A DNA stretch of 38,964 bases from Acidimicrobiia bacterium. Its GTDB lineage: Bacteria > Actinomycetota > Acidimicrobiia > IMCC26256 > JACDBD01. Below the pieces are notes generated by a model. That model was given only the letters and a program-made list of their open reading frames with translations, was not told the origin of the DNA and made no database searches. This document shows, piece after piece, positions 16,697-25,065 of the stretch; the stretch's first letter is position 1; the number at the start of each line of letters is the position of its first letter. A program made the position numbers and the translations under genes. The stretch lies in contig DATFXK010000218.1 in the NCBI GenBank assembly GCA_035316005.1, positions 1 to 38,964 of the forward strand, written 5' to 3'.

Positions 16697-17380
16697 TCAC
16701 GGGAGCGGGTCGGCGACCTGTCGTCGCTCGTACGCCCGCTCGCCGAAGTACTCGACGGCCTTGTCGAGGTCGAGCTTCACGAACAGCCCCTCGGCTTCGG
16801 CCGTCACGCTGTCGTCGACCGTGAGCGTCCCGCGGGTCACGACGCGGCGGCCGTCGACCTGGTCGGTCCAGCCCTCGAACAGCACGGGCCGGTGCAGGGG
16901 GGTGGGGCGGCGGTAGCGGATCGCCAGCCGTCCCGTCATGCCGGGATGGCCGCTGGCGATGTTCGCCATGCCGAGGATCTCGTCGAACCCGAGCGCGATC
17001 CACCCGCCGTGCACGAAGCCGGGCGGGCCCTCGTAGGCGGCGTGGAAGACGCCGCGGCCGACGAGCCGGCCGTCGCGCTCCTCGTACTCGATCGGGGGCG
17101 CGAGCGGGCTCACGACGCCCACCAACGGGCTCCGGGGCAGGTAGTCGTCGTGGTTCGTCTCGGGTCGGGAGCGCACGCCCGACGGGCGGGCACCCAGCTC
17201 GCCCCGCCGGTGGAGCTCGGCCGCGATCCGCTCGACCTCCTCGGCCGCGCTGGCGAGCTGCTCGCACGGCGCGTCCTCGGCCGTGAGCGTCGCGTCGACG
17301 AGGTGCCGGACGGCCTCGGCGAGACGCACCCGCTCCTCGGTGACGAAGGCGTCGCCGGGGGCAGCGTCCGCGGGCTCCAT
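16697..17380 (-). CDS. Hotdog-fold (PaaI/4HBT-type) acyl-CoA thioesterase
   Basis: 227 aa from ATG 17380. Core GPPGFVHGGWIALGFDEILGMA...GMTGRLAIRYRRPTP...VVTRGTL. The ATG overlaps the stop of the upstream enoyl-CoA hydratase (ATGA). The upstream 129 codons of track ORF 16697..17767 are an out-of-frame overlap with that gene. Confidence 0.75.
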   Translation of the reverse strand: MEPADAAPGDAFVTEERVRLAEAVRHLVDATLTAEDAPCEQLASAAEEVERIAAELHRRGELGARPSGVRSRPETNHDDYLPRSPLVGVVSPLAPPIEYEERDGRLVGRGVFHAAYEGPPGFVHGGWIALGFDEILGMANIASGHPGMTGRLAIRYRRPTPLHRPVLFEGWTDQVDGRRVVTRGTLTVDDSVTAEAEGLFVKLDLDKAVEYFGERAYERRQVADPLP

Positions 17381-18192
17381 CACCTGCCCTTGTAGCTCGG
17401 CGGGCGCTTCTCCGCGAACGCACGCGGCCCTTCCTTGGCGTCCTCGCTCGCGAACACCTCCCAGCCGATCTTGTCCTGGACCTGCATGGCCTCGGTGTCG
17501 GGGAGGCCCTCGGTCTCGCGCCAGGCGCGCAGGATGGCCTGGCATGCCAGCGGTCCGTTCGCCGCGACCTGGTCGGCGACGGCGCGGGCGGCGGCGAGGG
17601 CATGCCCTTCGGGGACCACCCTGCTGATGAGCCCGAGCTGGAGTGCCTCGTAGGCGGGGATCGGCCGGCAGGTCAGGAGGATGTCCATCGCCCGGGCGTA
17701 CGGGATCTGACGGGGGAGCCGCACCGCCGAGCCGCCGAGCGGGAACAGGGCGCGCTTCGCCTCCCACACGCCGAAGGTTGCGGAGTCGGCGGCGACGCGG
17801 AGGTCGGTGCCCTGCAGCATCTCGGTGCCGCCGGCGACGGCGTAGCCCTCGACCGCGGCGACGAGCGGCTTCGACAGGCGGTAGTCGCGCAGCAAGGCCT
17901 TCCAGTGCAGGTTCGGCTCCGCGGCCATGCGCGAGCGCACGTGCTCGCTCTGCGACGGGTTCGACATCGCCTTCAGGTCGGCGCCGGACGAGAAGTGGCC
18001 GCCGGCACCGGTGAGGATCGCCACCCGCACCTCGGGCTCACGGTCGACGTAGTCGAACCCGTCGGCGAGCCCGACGAGCATGTCGGGGCTCAGCGCGTTG
18101 CGTGCCTCGGGCCGGTCCATCGTCAGGATCACGACGTGCCCGTCGCGCTCGGCGCGGCAGTGCTGGGTGCTGAGGTCGAGCAGCTCGGGCAT
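17380..18192 (-). CDS. Enoyl-CoA hydratase (canonical crotonase with both catalytic Glu)
   Basis: 270 aa from ATG 18192, with GAGG 6 nt upstream. MDRPEARNAL, FSSGADLK, EGYAVAGGTEMLQGTDLRVA, FGVWEAKRALFPLGGS. Confidence 0.85.
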   Translation of the reverse strand: MPELLDLSTQHCRAERDGHVVILTMDRPEARNALSPDMLVGLADGFDYVDREPEVRVAILTGAGGHFSSGADLKAMSNPSQSEHVRSRMAAEPNLHWKALLRDYRLSKPLVAAVEGYAVAGGTEMLQGTDLRVAADSATFGVWEAKRALFPLGGSAVRLPRQIPYARAMDILLTCRPIPAYEALQLGLISRVVPEGHALAAARAVADQVAANGPLACQAILRAWRETEGLPDTEAMQVQDKIGWEVFASEDAKEGPRAFAEKRPPSYKGR

Positions 18193-18224
18193 GGGACACC
18201 TCGGGTCGGACGGCCGGCCGGAAA

Positions 18225-18240
18225 CTAGAACCGATTCTAG
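18225..18240. promoter_or_regulatory. Candidate TetR-family (KstR-like) operator: palindrome CTAGAACCGATTCTAG
   Basis: CTAGAA/TTCTAG are perfect 6-bp inverted arms around CCGA. The inner 14 nt TAGAACCGATTCTA match 7 of the 8 specified positions of the mycobacterial KstR motif TnnAACnnGTTnnA. It sits at the centre of the 79-bp divergent region (32 nt from the echA start, 31 nt from the P450 ATG). Confidence 0.4.
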
Positions 18241-18271
18241 CCAGGGCGGTTTTCGGACTAGGTTGGACGAA

Positions 18272-19477
18272 ATGCGCATCGAAGACGTCGACCTCGCCGA
18301 CGGCGCGACCTTCCTCTCCGGTCCGCCTCACGACTACTTCGACTTCCTCCGGCGCGAGCATCCCGTCGCCTGGGTCGACCACGTCGAGCTCGACGGCCCC
18401 GGCTTCTGGGCGCTGACGAGGTGGGACGACGTGATGGCCGTCGAACGCGACCCCGAGACGTTCTCGTCGTATGCGGGCGGCGCGTTCATCGGTCCGGTCG
18501 ACGAGGGGACGCGGTTGATGATGATCAACCAGGACCCGCCCCGGCACACGCGGCTGCGCAAGCTCGTGAGTCGCATGTTCACTCCCCGCCACATCCGCTC
18601 GATCGAGGGTCACGTGCGCGCGGCGGCGAAGGAGATCGTCGACCGCGTCGCGCCGAAGGGCGAGATCGACTTCGTCACCGAGGTCGCGGCCGACCTTCCG
18701 CTCATCGTGATCGCCGAGCTGATCGGCGTTCCGCAGGAGGACCGGCACAAGGTCTTCGAGTGGTCGAACAAGATGGTCGGCGCCGAGGACCCGGAGTACG
18801 GCGCCGACAGCGACGTGCAGGAGGTCGCGGCCGAGCTCTACGCCTACGCGCAGAGCCTCGCCGAGGAACGCCTTGCTGACCCCGGCGAAGACATCGTGAC
18901 GCTGCTGCTCACCGGCGAGGTCGACGGCGAGAAGCTCGACGTCCTCGAGTTCAACGTCTTCTTCCTGCTGCTCGCGGTGGCGGGCAACGAGACGACCCGC
19001 AACCTGATCACCGGCGGGACGCTCACGCTGCTCGAGCACGACGACCAGCGCGAGCAGTTCCTGCGCCAACCCGACGTCCTCGAGCCGGCCGTCGAGGAGA
19101 TGCTGCGCTACGTCAGCCCCGTCAACTACTTCCGCCGCACCGCCACCCGTGACACCGAGGTCCGGGGCGTCCCGATCAAGGACGGCGACAAGATCACGCT
19201 CTGGTACCCGGCGGCGAACCGGGACCCCGACCAGTTCCCGGACCCGCACACCTTCGACGTCGACCGCGAGCCGAACGAGCACGTCGCCTTCGGCGGCCGC
19301 GGCCCGCACTTCTGCCTCGGTGCCAACCTCGCCCGCTTCGAGATCAACTGCATGTTCGAGGAGCTGCGCCGAATCCTGCCCGACATGGAGCTCACTGGGC
19401 CCGTCGAGCGGCTGCACATGAACCTCATCAACGGCATCAAGCACATGCCGGTGAAGTTCACGCCGGTCGAGATCTGA
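18272..19477 (+). CDS. Cytochrome P450, CYP124/CYP125/CYP142-like (lipid/steroid terminal hydroxylase clan)
   Basis: 401 aa from ATG 18272. AGNETTRN I-helix, EEMLRY (ExxR), haem loop FGGRGPHFCLGANLAR, and C-terminal LINGIKHMPVKF resembling the CYP124/125 tail. The upstream part of track ORF 18080..19477 is intergenic or antisense. Confidence 0.9.
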   Translation: MRIEDVDLADGATFLSGPPHDYFDFLRREHPVAWVDHVELDGPGFWALTRWDDVMAVERDPETFSSYAGGAFIGPVDEGTRLMMINQDPPRHTRLRKLVSRMFTPRHIRSIEGHVRAAAKEIVDRVAPKGEIDFVTEVAADLPLIVIAELIGVPQEDRHKVFEWSNKMVGAEDPEYGADSDVQEVAAELYAYAQSLAEERLADPGEDIVTLLLTGEVDGEKLDVLEFNVFFLLLAVAGNETTRNLITGGTLTLLEHDDQREQFLRQPDVLEPAVEEMLRYVSPVNYFRRTATRDTEVRGVPIKDGDKITLWYPAANRDPDQFPDPHTFDVDREPNEHVAFGGRGPHFCLGANLARFEINCMFEELRRILPDMELTGPVERLHMNLINGIKHMPVKFTPVEI

Positions 19478-19486
19478 CGGATCCGG

Positions 19487-20107
19487 CTACACGCGCTCCA
19501 CGACGATCGTCAGCGCGGGGAATCGGAACGTGACCGTGTTGCCCTGGCACATGTAGGTCGCGTCGCCGTTGAGCCCGAACGTCTCCTTGACGCCGGCCCC
19601 GTCGGGCGGCAGCGGGATGTTGAGCATCGAGCCGTTCGTGAAGGTCAGCACCAGCGTCCCGCTCAGCGCGGTGATGTTGAAGTTCGCCGTCTGAGCCGTC
19701 GGCACGAACGTCCCGTCGGACTGCGCCTTGAGCACCGCCGTCCCGCTGGTCGTCCCGCCCTGGCTCGGCACGGAGAACTGCACCTTGTCCGAGCCGTCGT
19801 CCGTGAAGTGGAACGTGTTGTCGGGCTTGAGCTCGATGCGACGGCCGCCGAACCCGCCGACGATCGTGGTCGGCCCGAACTGGGTCTGCACCGGCCCGTC
19901 GTAGTCCATGCGGGTGAAGCGGAAGGTCCCGCGGATGCACGAGGCCGGGTCGTTGGCGGCGGTTGTGGCCGGCGAGCTCGGCGTCGACGCGGTGGTGGAC
20001 TTCGACTTCGTCTGCTTCGAGCCGGAGTCGTTCGAGCACGCCACGAGCAGCGCGCTCGTGAGCAACAGGGTGATCAGCGGGACGGTGCGGAGAGGAAGGC
20101 GGCGCAT
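19487..20107 (-). CDS. Lipoprotein of unknown function
   Basis: 206 aa. Signal peptide plus lipobox LLTSALLVAC, a Ser/Thr/Lys-rich linker, then a beta-strand-rich domain with two further Cys (ASCIRG..., YMCQG). Confidence 0.7.
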   Translation of the reverse strand: MRRLPLRTVPLITLLLTSALLVACSNDSGSKQTKSKSTTASTPSSPATTAANDPASCIRGTFRFTRMDYDGPVQTQFGPTTIVGGFGGRRIELKPDNTFHFTDDGSDKVQFSVPSQGGTTSGTAVLKAQSDGTFVPTAQTANFNITALSGTLVLTFTNGSMLNIPLPPDGAGVKETFGLNGDATYMCQGNTVTFRFPALTIVVERV

Positions 20108-20161
20108 CGGTGCTCGAGTGTCGTGCGAAGCCGTGGAGCGTAGTGGCTCGGGCTCGAACGA

Positions 20162-20866
20162 TCAGGCGGGCTGCCGGGCGCGGACGAGCTCGACCACGTC
20201 CGGCAACGAGGCGACCCGTTCGACGTCGAGATGGGCATGGAAGTCGTACGGGTCGACGAGCACCGGGTGCACGTCGGCGGCCCGGGCGCCCTCGACATCG
20301 GCGCCCGGCGTGTCGCCGACGTGGATGGCGCGAGCGGCCGGCACGCCGAGGGCGTCGAGGGCGAGATCGAAGATGCGGGGGTCCGGCTTCGCGAGGCCGA
20401 CGACGGTCGAGTCGAGGATGACCTCCACCGACGCGCCCGGGCCGGGGCCGACCTGGCAGATGGCGTCGTCGCGCAGCCGCTGCTCGGCGTTCCCGTCCGC
20501 GTTCGAGACGATCGCGAGGCGGGTGCCGAGTGCGCCGAGGCGTCGGAGCGCGTCCACCGATCCCGGAACGACCCGGCTCCAGATCTCGCCGGTCGCGAAC
20601 TCGTTGAGCAGGTGCTCGACGACCTCGTCGACGTTCTCCTCGGGCGCGCCGCACGCGCGTGCATACGCTCGGTTGTACGCGACCCAGATGTCGCGGTCGC
20701 CTTCGGTGAACTCGATGAGCGCGGCGACCCCCGCGTAGTGCGCGCGGTCCAGGAGAGGCGGGTCGACACGCACGCCCGCGCGCTCGAACGCTCCTGCGAC
20801 CCGGTCGTGATCGGGGAGCACGAGCACGCCGCCGACGTCGACCAGGACAGCTTCGATGGGGGGCAT
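20162..20866 (-). CDS. HAD superfamily hydrolase (subfamily IA-like)
   Basis: 234 aa from ATG 20866. Motif [11 protein letters not shown], motif II AIVSNA, Lys in [10 protein letters not shown], motif [14 protein letters not shown]. The rest of the 629-aa track ORF is antisense to the aminotransferase. Confidence 0.8.
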   Translation of the reverse strand: MPPIEAVLVDVGGVLVLPDHDRVAGAFERAGVRVDPPLLDRAHYAGVAALIEFTEGDRDIWVAYNRAYARACGAPEENVDEVVEHLLNEFATGEIWSRVVPGSVDALRRLGALGTRLAIVSNADGNAEQRLRDDAICQVGPGPGASVEVILDSTVVGLAKPDPRIFDLALDALGVPAARAIHVGDTPGADVEGARAADVHPVLVDPYDFHAHLDVERVASLPDVVELVRARQPA

Positions 20867-20917
20867 GTCGCCGAAACAGTACCGGAGGCCCGAAACACCG
20901 CCTGGTACGGTCGTCGC

Positions 20918-22093
20918 GTGCAGTTCCGGCGCATCAACGCTCTCCCGCCGTATGTCTTCGCGACGATCGACGAGCTCAAGATGGACGCGCGCCGCGCCGG
21001 CGAGGACGTCATCGACCTCGGGTTCGGCAACCCCGACATCCCATCGCCCGATGTCGCGGTCGAGAAGCTCTGCGAGGCGGTGCGCAACCCGCGCAACCAT
21101 CGCTACTCCGCCAGCCGCGGCATCCCGAAGCTGCGCCTCGCGATCACGGATCTGTACCGCCGCCGGTTCGGCGTCGAGCTGGACCCGGACACGCAGGCGT
21201 GCACGACGATCGGGGCGAAGGAGGGCTACTCGCACCTGATGTGGACGCTGCTCGGCCCGGGCGACGCCGCGCTCGTGCCGAGCCCGTCGTACCCGATCCA
21301 CATCTGGGGCCCGATCTTCGCCGGCGCCGAGGTCCGCCACGTCCGCCTCGGGCCGGAGGAGGATTTCTTCGCCAACCTGCTGGAGGCGTGGGAGGAGTCG
21401 TGGCCGCGGCCCCGCGTCATCGTCCTGTCCTTCCCGCACAACCCGACCACGGCGTGCGTCGACCTCGAGTTCATGACCCGCATGGTCGAGTTCGCGCAAC
21501 AGCACGGCGTGTTGCTCGTCCACGACTTCGCGTACGCCGACCTCGGCTACGATGGCTTCGAGCCGCCGTCGATCCTGCAGGTGCCGGGCGCCACCGACGT
21601 CGCCGTCGAGCTGTACACGCTCACCAAGTCGTTCTCGATGGCGGGCTGGCGCATGGGGTTCCTCGTCGGCAACGCGGAGGTCGTCGCCGCCCTCGGGAAG
21701 CTCAAGAGCTACCTCGACTACGGCACGTTCCAGCCCATTCAGATCGCGTCCATCGTCGCGATGAACGAGGCGCCCGACTACCCGCTCGAGGTCAACGCCG
21801 TCTACCGCGGCCGGCGCGACGCGCTCATCGACGGCCTGGCGCGCTGCGGATGGGAGATCGAACGGCCCCGGGGCACGATGTTCGTCTGGGCGCCGATCCC
21901 CGAGCCCTACGAGGAGATGGGCAGCCTCGAGTTCGCCAAGATGCTCGTGCCGGAGGCAAAGATCGCTGTCTCGCCCGGCGTCGGCTTCGGCCCCGGCGGT
22001 GAGGGCTTCGTGCGCTTCGCGCTCGTCGAGAACGAGCAGCGCATCGGCCAAGCCGTCCGCGGCATCCGCCGCGCGCTCACGAAACTGGGCTGA
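20918..22093 (+). CDS. Class I/II pyridoxal-phosphate aminotransferase (alanine/aspartate aminotransferase-like)
   Basis: 391 aa from in-frame GTG 20918. [34 protein letters not shown], and PLP-lysine context [15 protein letters not shown]. Confidence 0.85.
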   Translation: MQFRRINALPPYVFATIDELKMDARRAGEDVIDLGFGNPDIPSPDVAVEKLCEAVRNPRNHRYSASRGIPKLRLAITDLYRRRFGVELDPDTQACTTIGAKEGYSHLMWTLLGPGDAALVPSPSYPIHIWGPIFAGAEVRHVRLGPEEDFFANLLEAWEESWPRPRVIVLSFPHNPTTACVDLEFMTRMVEFAQQHGVLLVHDFAYADLGYDGFEPPSILQVPGATDVAVELYTLTKSFSMAGWRMGFLVGNAEVVAALGKLKSYLDYGTFQPIQIASIVAMNEAPDYPLEVNAVYRGRRDALIDGLARCGWEIERPRGTMFVWAPIPEPYEEMGSLEFAKMLVPEAKIAVSPGVGFGPGGEGFVRFALVENEQRIGQAVRGIRRALTKLG

Positions 22094-22118
22094 CCTGCGC
22101 CGCCGCCTCGTCCGAGGC

Positions 22119-22706
22119 TTACGTGCCGACGATGCCGTGGAGGCAGAAGCTGACGGCGGCCTCGGCGGTGCGGTCGACGGGCTCGTTGCGGTCGAACACG
22201 TAGGTGCGGGTCAGCTGGTTGCACGCGCCCACGATCGCCTCGGCGAGCATCTCGGGGTTCTGATCGGCGATCAGTCCCTCGACGATCGCCTCCTTGATGT
22301 GGCGCGCCGCGTCGGCGATGGCGACGTCGTGGTTCCGCCGCAGCACGGGCGCGAACCGCTCGTCGCTGGCGGCGAACTGGAACAGCGTGAAGTACTTGCG
22401 GTGCTCGAGGAACCAATCGATCGTGGCGCGGATGCCCAGCTCGATGCGCACGACGGGATTGGGCTCCTCGCCGATCGCCTGTTGCTGGCGACGGCGGAGA
22501 TCCTGCTGCGATTCGCGCAGGATCTCCGAGAGCAGCTCCTCCTTCGACGAGAAGTACCAGTAGAAGACGCCCTTCCCGACGCGGAGGCTCTCGACGATGT
22601 CGGCGACGGAGGTGGGGTGGTAGCCGCGCTCGGCGAAGAGCGCGGCCGCGTGCTCCATGAGTTGACGCCGCCGGTCCTTGCCCCGTTGCGTGAGCTTTCG
22701 CCGCAT
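22119..22706 (-). CDS. TetR/AcrR family transcriptional regulator
   Basis: 195 aa from ATG 22706, with GGAGG 4 nt upstream. HTH LMEHAAALFAERGYHPTSVADIVESLRVGKGVFYWYFSSKEELL. Confidence 0.85.
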   Translation of the reverse strand: MRRKLTQRGKDRRRQLMEHAAALFAERGYHPTSVADIVESLRVGKGVFYWYFSSKEELLSEILRESQQDLRRRQQQAIGEEPNPVVRIELGIRATIDWFLEHRKYFTLFQFAASDERFAPVLRRNHDVAIADAARHIKEAIVEGLIADQNPEMLAEAIVGACNQLTRTYVFDRNEPVDRTAEAAVSFCLHGIVGT

Positions 22707-22749
22707 CGTCCTCCCCGGTCGGCCCCAAAAGGCGCCGTCGCCGGCGGCG

Positions 22750-22778
22750 AGGGTACGGTGACTTGACCATTCGGTCAA
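22750..22778 (-). promoter_or_regulatory. Candidate promoter of the TetR gene (TTGACC-N17-TACCCT on the minus strand)
   Basis: Minus-strand -35 TTGACC (22778-22773), a 17-nt spacer, and -10 TACCCT (22755-22750), which fits the actinobacterial TAnnnT. The -35 lies inside the palindrome at 22762-22779. Confidence 0.4.
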
Positions 22779-22779
22779 G
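22762..22779. promoter_or_regulatory. Candidate TetR operator: perfect palindrome CTTGACC-ATTC-GGTCAAG
   Basis: 7-bp perfect inverted arms with a 4-bp spacer, in the 139-bp divergent region between the TetR gene and the acyltransferase gene. Confidence 0.5.
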
Positions 22780-22845
22780 AACGTTCGACTGCGACGCTCG
22801 CGTAGGCTCAGCGACGCGCGACCCACCCGGGTCCGAGGGGGAGCG

Positions 22846-23565
22846 GTGCTCTACTGGATCATCAAGGCGGTCCTCACGCCCGTCCTGCGCCTCGTCTACC
22901 GGGTGCGGATCGAGGGCCGCGACCACGTGCCCAGCCAGGGCCCGGTGATCCTGGCCGCCAACCACCGCTCTTTCATGGACTCGTTGTTCCTCCCGCTGGT
23001 GATCCGGCGACGGGTGACGTTCGTGGCCAAGGCCGAGTACTTCGACGACAAGAAGACGGCATGGTTCTTCCGCGGCGTGGGACAGATCCCGATCCGCCGT
23101 GAAGGCGGCAGCGCCAGCGAGCGGGCGTTGGCGTCGGCGACCGAGGTGCTCGAGCAGGGACAGGTGTTCGGCATCTACCCGGAAGGCACCCGGACGCGGG
23201 ACGGCTACCTGCACCGTGGCCACACCGGCGTCGCCCGCCTCGCGCTCCGCACCGGGGCTCCGATCGTGCCCGTCGGCATGGTCGGCACCGACGACATCAA
23301 CCCCATCGGCAGGAAGCTCCCGCGGCTGTTCCGCACCGTGCGGATCCAGTTCGGCACGCCGATCACGGCCGATCGGTACACGGGGCGGGAGCAGGACCGG
23401 CTCGTGCTGCGCCAGCTCACCGACGAGGTGATGTTCGAGCTGCAGCAGCTGTCCGGCTACGAGTACGTCGACACGTACGCCACGAAGAAGGCGGAGGACA
23501 TGCCGGTGGAGCCCGTGCCGCTGGCCACGCTCGAAGCGGCCGCCAGCCCGGCGGCGGTCGCGTAG
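22846..23565 (+). CDS. plsC: 1-acyl-sn-glycerol-3-phosphate (lysophospholipid) acyltransferase
   Basis: 239 aa. HX4D motif AANHRSFMDS, FVAKAEYF, and IYPEGTRTRDG. Confidence 0.85.
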   Translation: MLYWIIKAVLTPVLRLVYRVRIEGRDHVPSQGPVILAANHRSFMDSLFLPLVIRRRVTFVAKAEYFDDKKTAWFFRGVGQIPIRREGGSASERALASATEVLEQGQVFGIYPEGTRTRDGYLHRGHTGVARLALRTGAPIVPVGMVGTDDINPIGRKLPRLFRTVRIQFGTPITADRYTGREQDRLVLRQLTDEVMFELQQLSGYEYVDTYATKKAEDMPVEPVPLATLEAAASPAAVA

Positions 23566-23568
23566 CGC

Positions 23569-25065
23569 TTAGCCGGCGTCGTTCGCCCAGCCGCGCGCCC
23601 GCTCAATCGCGCGGTGCCATTCGTCGTACTTGCGGGCGACGTCGGCGGCCGGCATCGCCGGCTCGAATACGGACTCCTCGGCCCAGCTCGCCGCGGCTTC
23701 CGATGGCGACCCCCAGACTCCCTCCGCCAGTCCGGCCAGGTACGCGGCGCCCAGCGCAGTCGTCTCCTTCACCGTCGGCCGGCGGACGGGAACGCCGAGC
23801 ACGTCGGCCTGGAACTGGCAGAGGACGTCCATCACGCTGGCGCCGCCGTCGACCCGGAGCTCGCTGATCTTCGTGCCGGCCGCGCCCGTGATCGCGTCGA
23901 CGACGTCGCGCGTCTGCCACGCCATCGACTCCACGACCGCCCGCGCGATCTGCGGGCGGCCGGAGCCGCGCGTCAGGCCGAACACCGAGCCGCGCGCGTA
24001 CGGGTCCCACCACGGCGAACCGAGCCCGGTGAACGCCGGCACGAACACGACGCCACCACTGTCCTCCACGCCGGCGGCGAGGGGGCCGGTCTCGGCCGCG
24101 TCGCCGATGATGCCGATGCCGTCGCGCAGCCACTGGATCGCCGCCCCGGTGACGAAGATCGCGCCTTCCATCACGTACGCGATGTCGCCGCCGAGGTCCC
24201 AGCCCACGCTGGTGAGCAGTCCCTCGGTCGGCGGCGGGTGTGCAGGCCCGAGGTTCATGAGGACGAAGGAGCCCGTGCCGTAGGTGTTCTTCGACATCCC
24301 GGTCTCGAAGCACGCCTGCCCGAACAACGCCGACTGCTGATCGCCGGCGATGCCGCTCACCGGCACGGCGAGTCCGGCGGCGACCTCGGGCTCGGTGACA
24401 CCGAACCGGCCGCTACTCGGCCGGACCTCGGGAAGGGACGCGCGTGGCACGCCGAACAAGGCGCACAGCTCGTCCGACCAGTCGAGGGCGTCGATGTCGT
24501 ACAGCAAGGTGCGGCTGGCGTTCGACGGGTCGGTCGCGTGCACGCCACCGTTCGGGCCACCGGTGAGGCGCCAGAGGATCCAGCTGTCGACGGTGCCGAG
24601 AGCGAGATCGAGCCCGACTTCGACGCCGCCCTCGGTGAGGAGCCACTCCCACTTGGTCGCCGAGAAGTACGAGTCGAGGACGAGCCCGGTCCGCTCGCGC
24701 ACGAGCGGCTCCCTTCCGGCGGCTCGGAGCTCGTCGCAGCGCCCGGCCGTCCGCCGGTCCTGCCAGACGATGGCCCGGTGGAGCGGCCGACCCGTCCGCA
24801 GGTCCCACACGACGGCGGTCTCGCGCTGGTTCGTGATGCCGATCGCAGTGACCGACCGGCCGGAGGCGGCGAGCTCGGACTGCACCCCGGCGAGTGTCTC
24901 TACGGTCGCGGTCCAGATCTCGTCCGCGTCGTGCTCGACCCAGCCCGGCTGCGGGAAGTACTGCCGGAACTCGCGGTACGACCAGGCGAGCAGGGTCCCG
25001 TGCTCGTCGACCGCGAACGAGCGCACGCCGGTGGTGCCGGCGTCGATGGCAAGGCAGACGCTCAC
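23569..25065 (-). CDS. glpK: Glycerol kinase
   Basis: 498 aa. LAIDAGTTGVRSF, GITNQRETAVVWD, WQDRRTA, YFSATKWEWLL, GDQQSALFGQACF, and LRVDGGAS are hallmark FGGY/GlpK motifs. Confidence 0.95.
   Translation of the reverse strand: MSVCLAIDAGTTGVRSFAVDEHGTLLAWSYREFRQYFPQPGWVEHDADEIWTATVETLAGVQSELAASGRSVTAIGITNQRETAVVWDLRTGRPLHRAIVWQDRRTAGRCDELRAAGREPLVRERTGLVLDSYFSATKWEWLLTEGGVEVGLDLALGTVDSWILWRLTGGPNGGVHATDPSNASRTLLYDIDALDWSDELCALFGVPRASLPEVRPSSGRFGVTEPEVAAGLAVPVSGIAGDQQSALFGQACFETGMSKNTYGTGSFVLMNLGPAHPPPTEGLLTSVGWDLGGDIAYVMEGAIFVTGAAIQWLRDGIGIIGDAAETGPLAAGVEDSGGVVFVPAFTGLGSPWWDPYARGSVFGLTRGSGRPQIARAVVESMAWQTRDVVDAITGAAGTKISELRVDGGASVMDVLCQFQADVLGVPVRRPTVKETTALGAAYLAGLAEGVWGSPSEAAASWAEESVFEPAMPAADVARKYDEWHRAIERARGWANDAG

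Noticed and set aside
15254-17395. 713-aa plus-strand ORF antisense to the second phospholipase C and the thioesterase
   Set aside because: No recognisable domain and a Val/Arg/Glu/Asp-rich mirror composition of the real genes. The minus-strand proteins carry Tat signals and conserved phosphoesterase/hotdog motifs.
20840-20866. HAD hydrolase motif I reads DVGGV (Gly instead of the second Asp of DxDxT), which first suggested an inactive or non-phosphatase HAD
   Set aside because: Asp-x-Gly variants occur in active subfamily IA phosphatases (for example YihX-type sugar phosphatases), and the other HAD motifs (SNA, K, GDTPGAD) are intact. It is not unusual enough to report.
22105-22118. Hairpin GCCTC-GTCC-GAGGC followed by TT, between the convergent aminotransferase and TetR genes, as a possible bidirectional terminator
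   Set aside because: The stem is only 5-6 bp with no real T-tract. It is too weak to call an intrinsic terminator from sequence alone.
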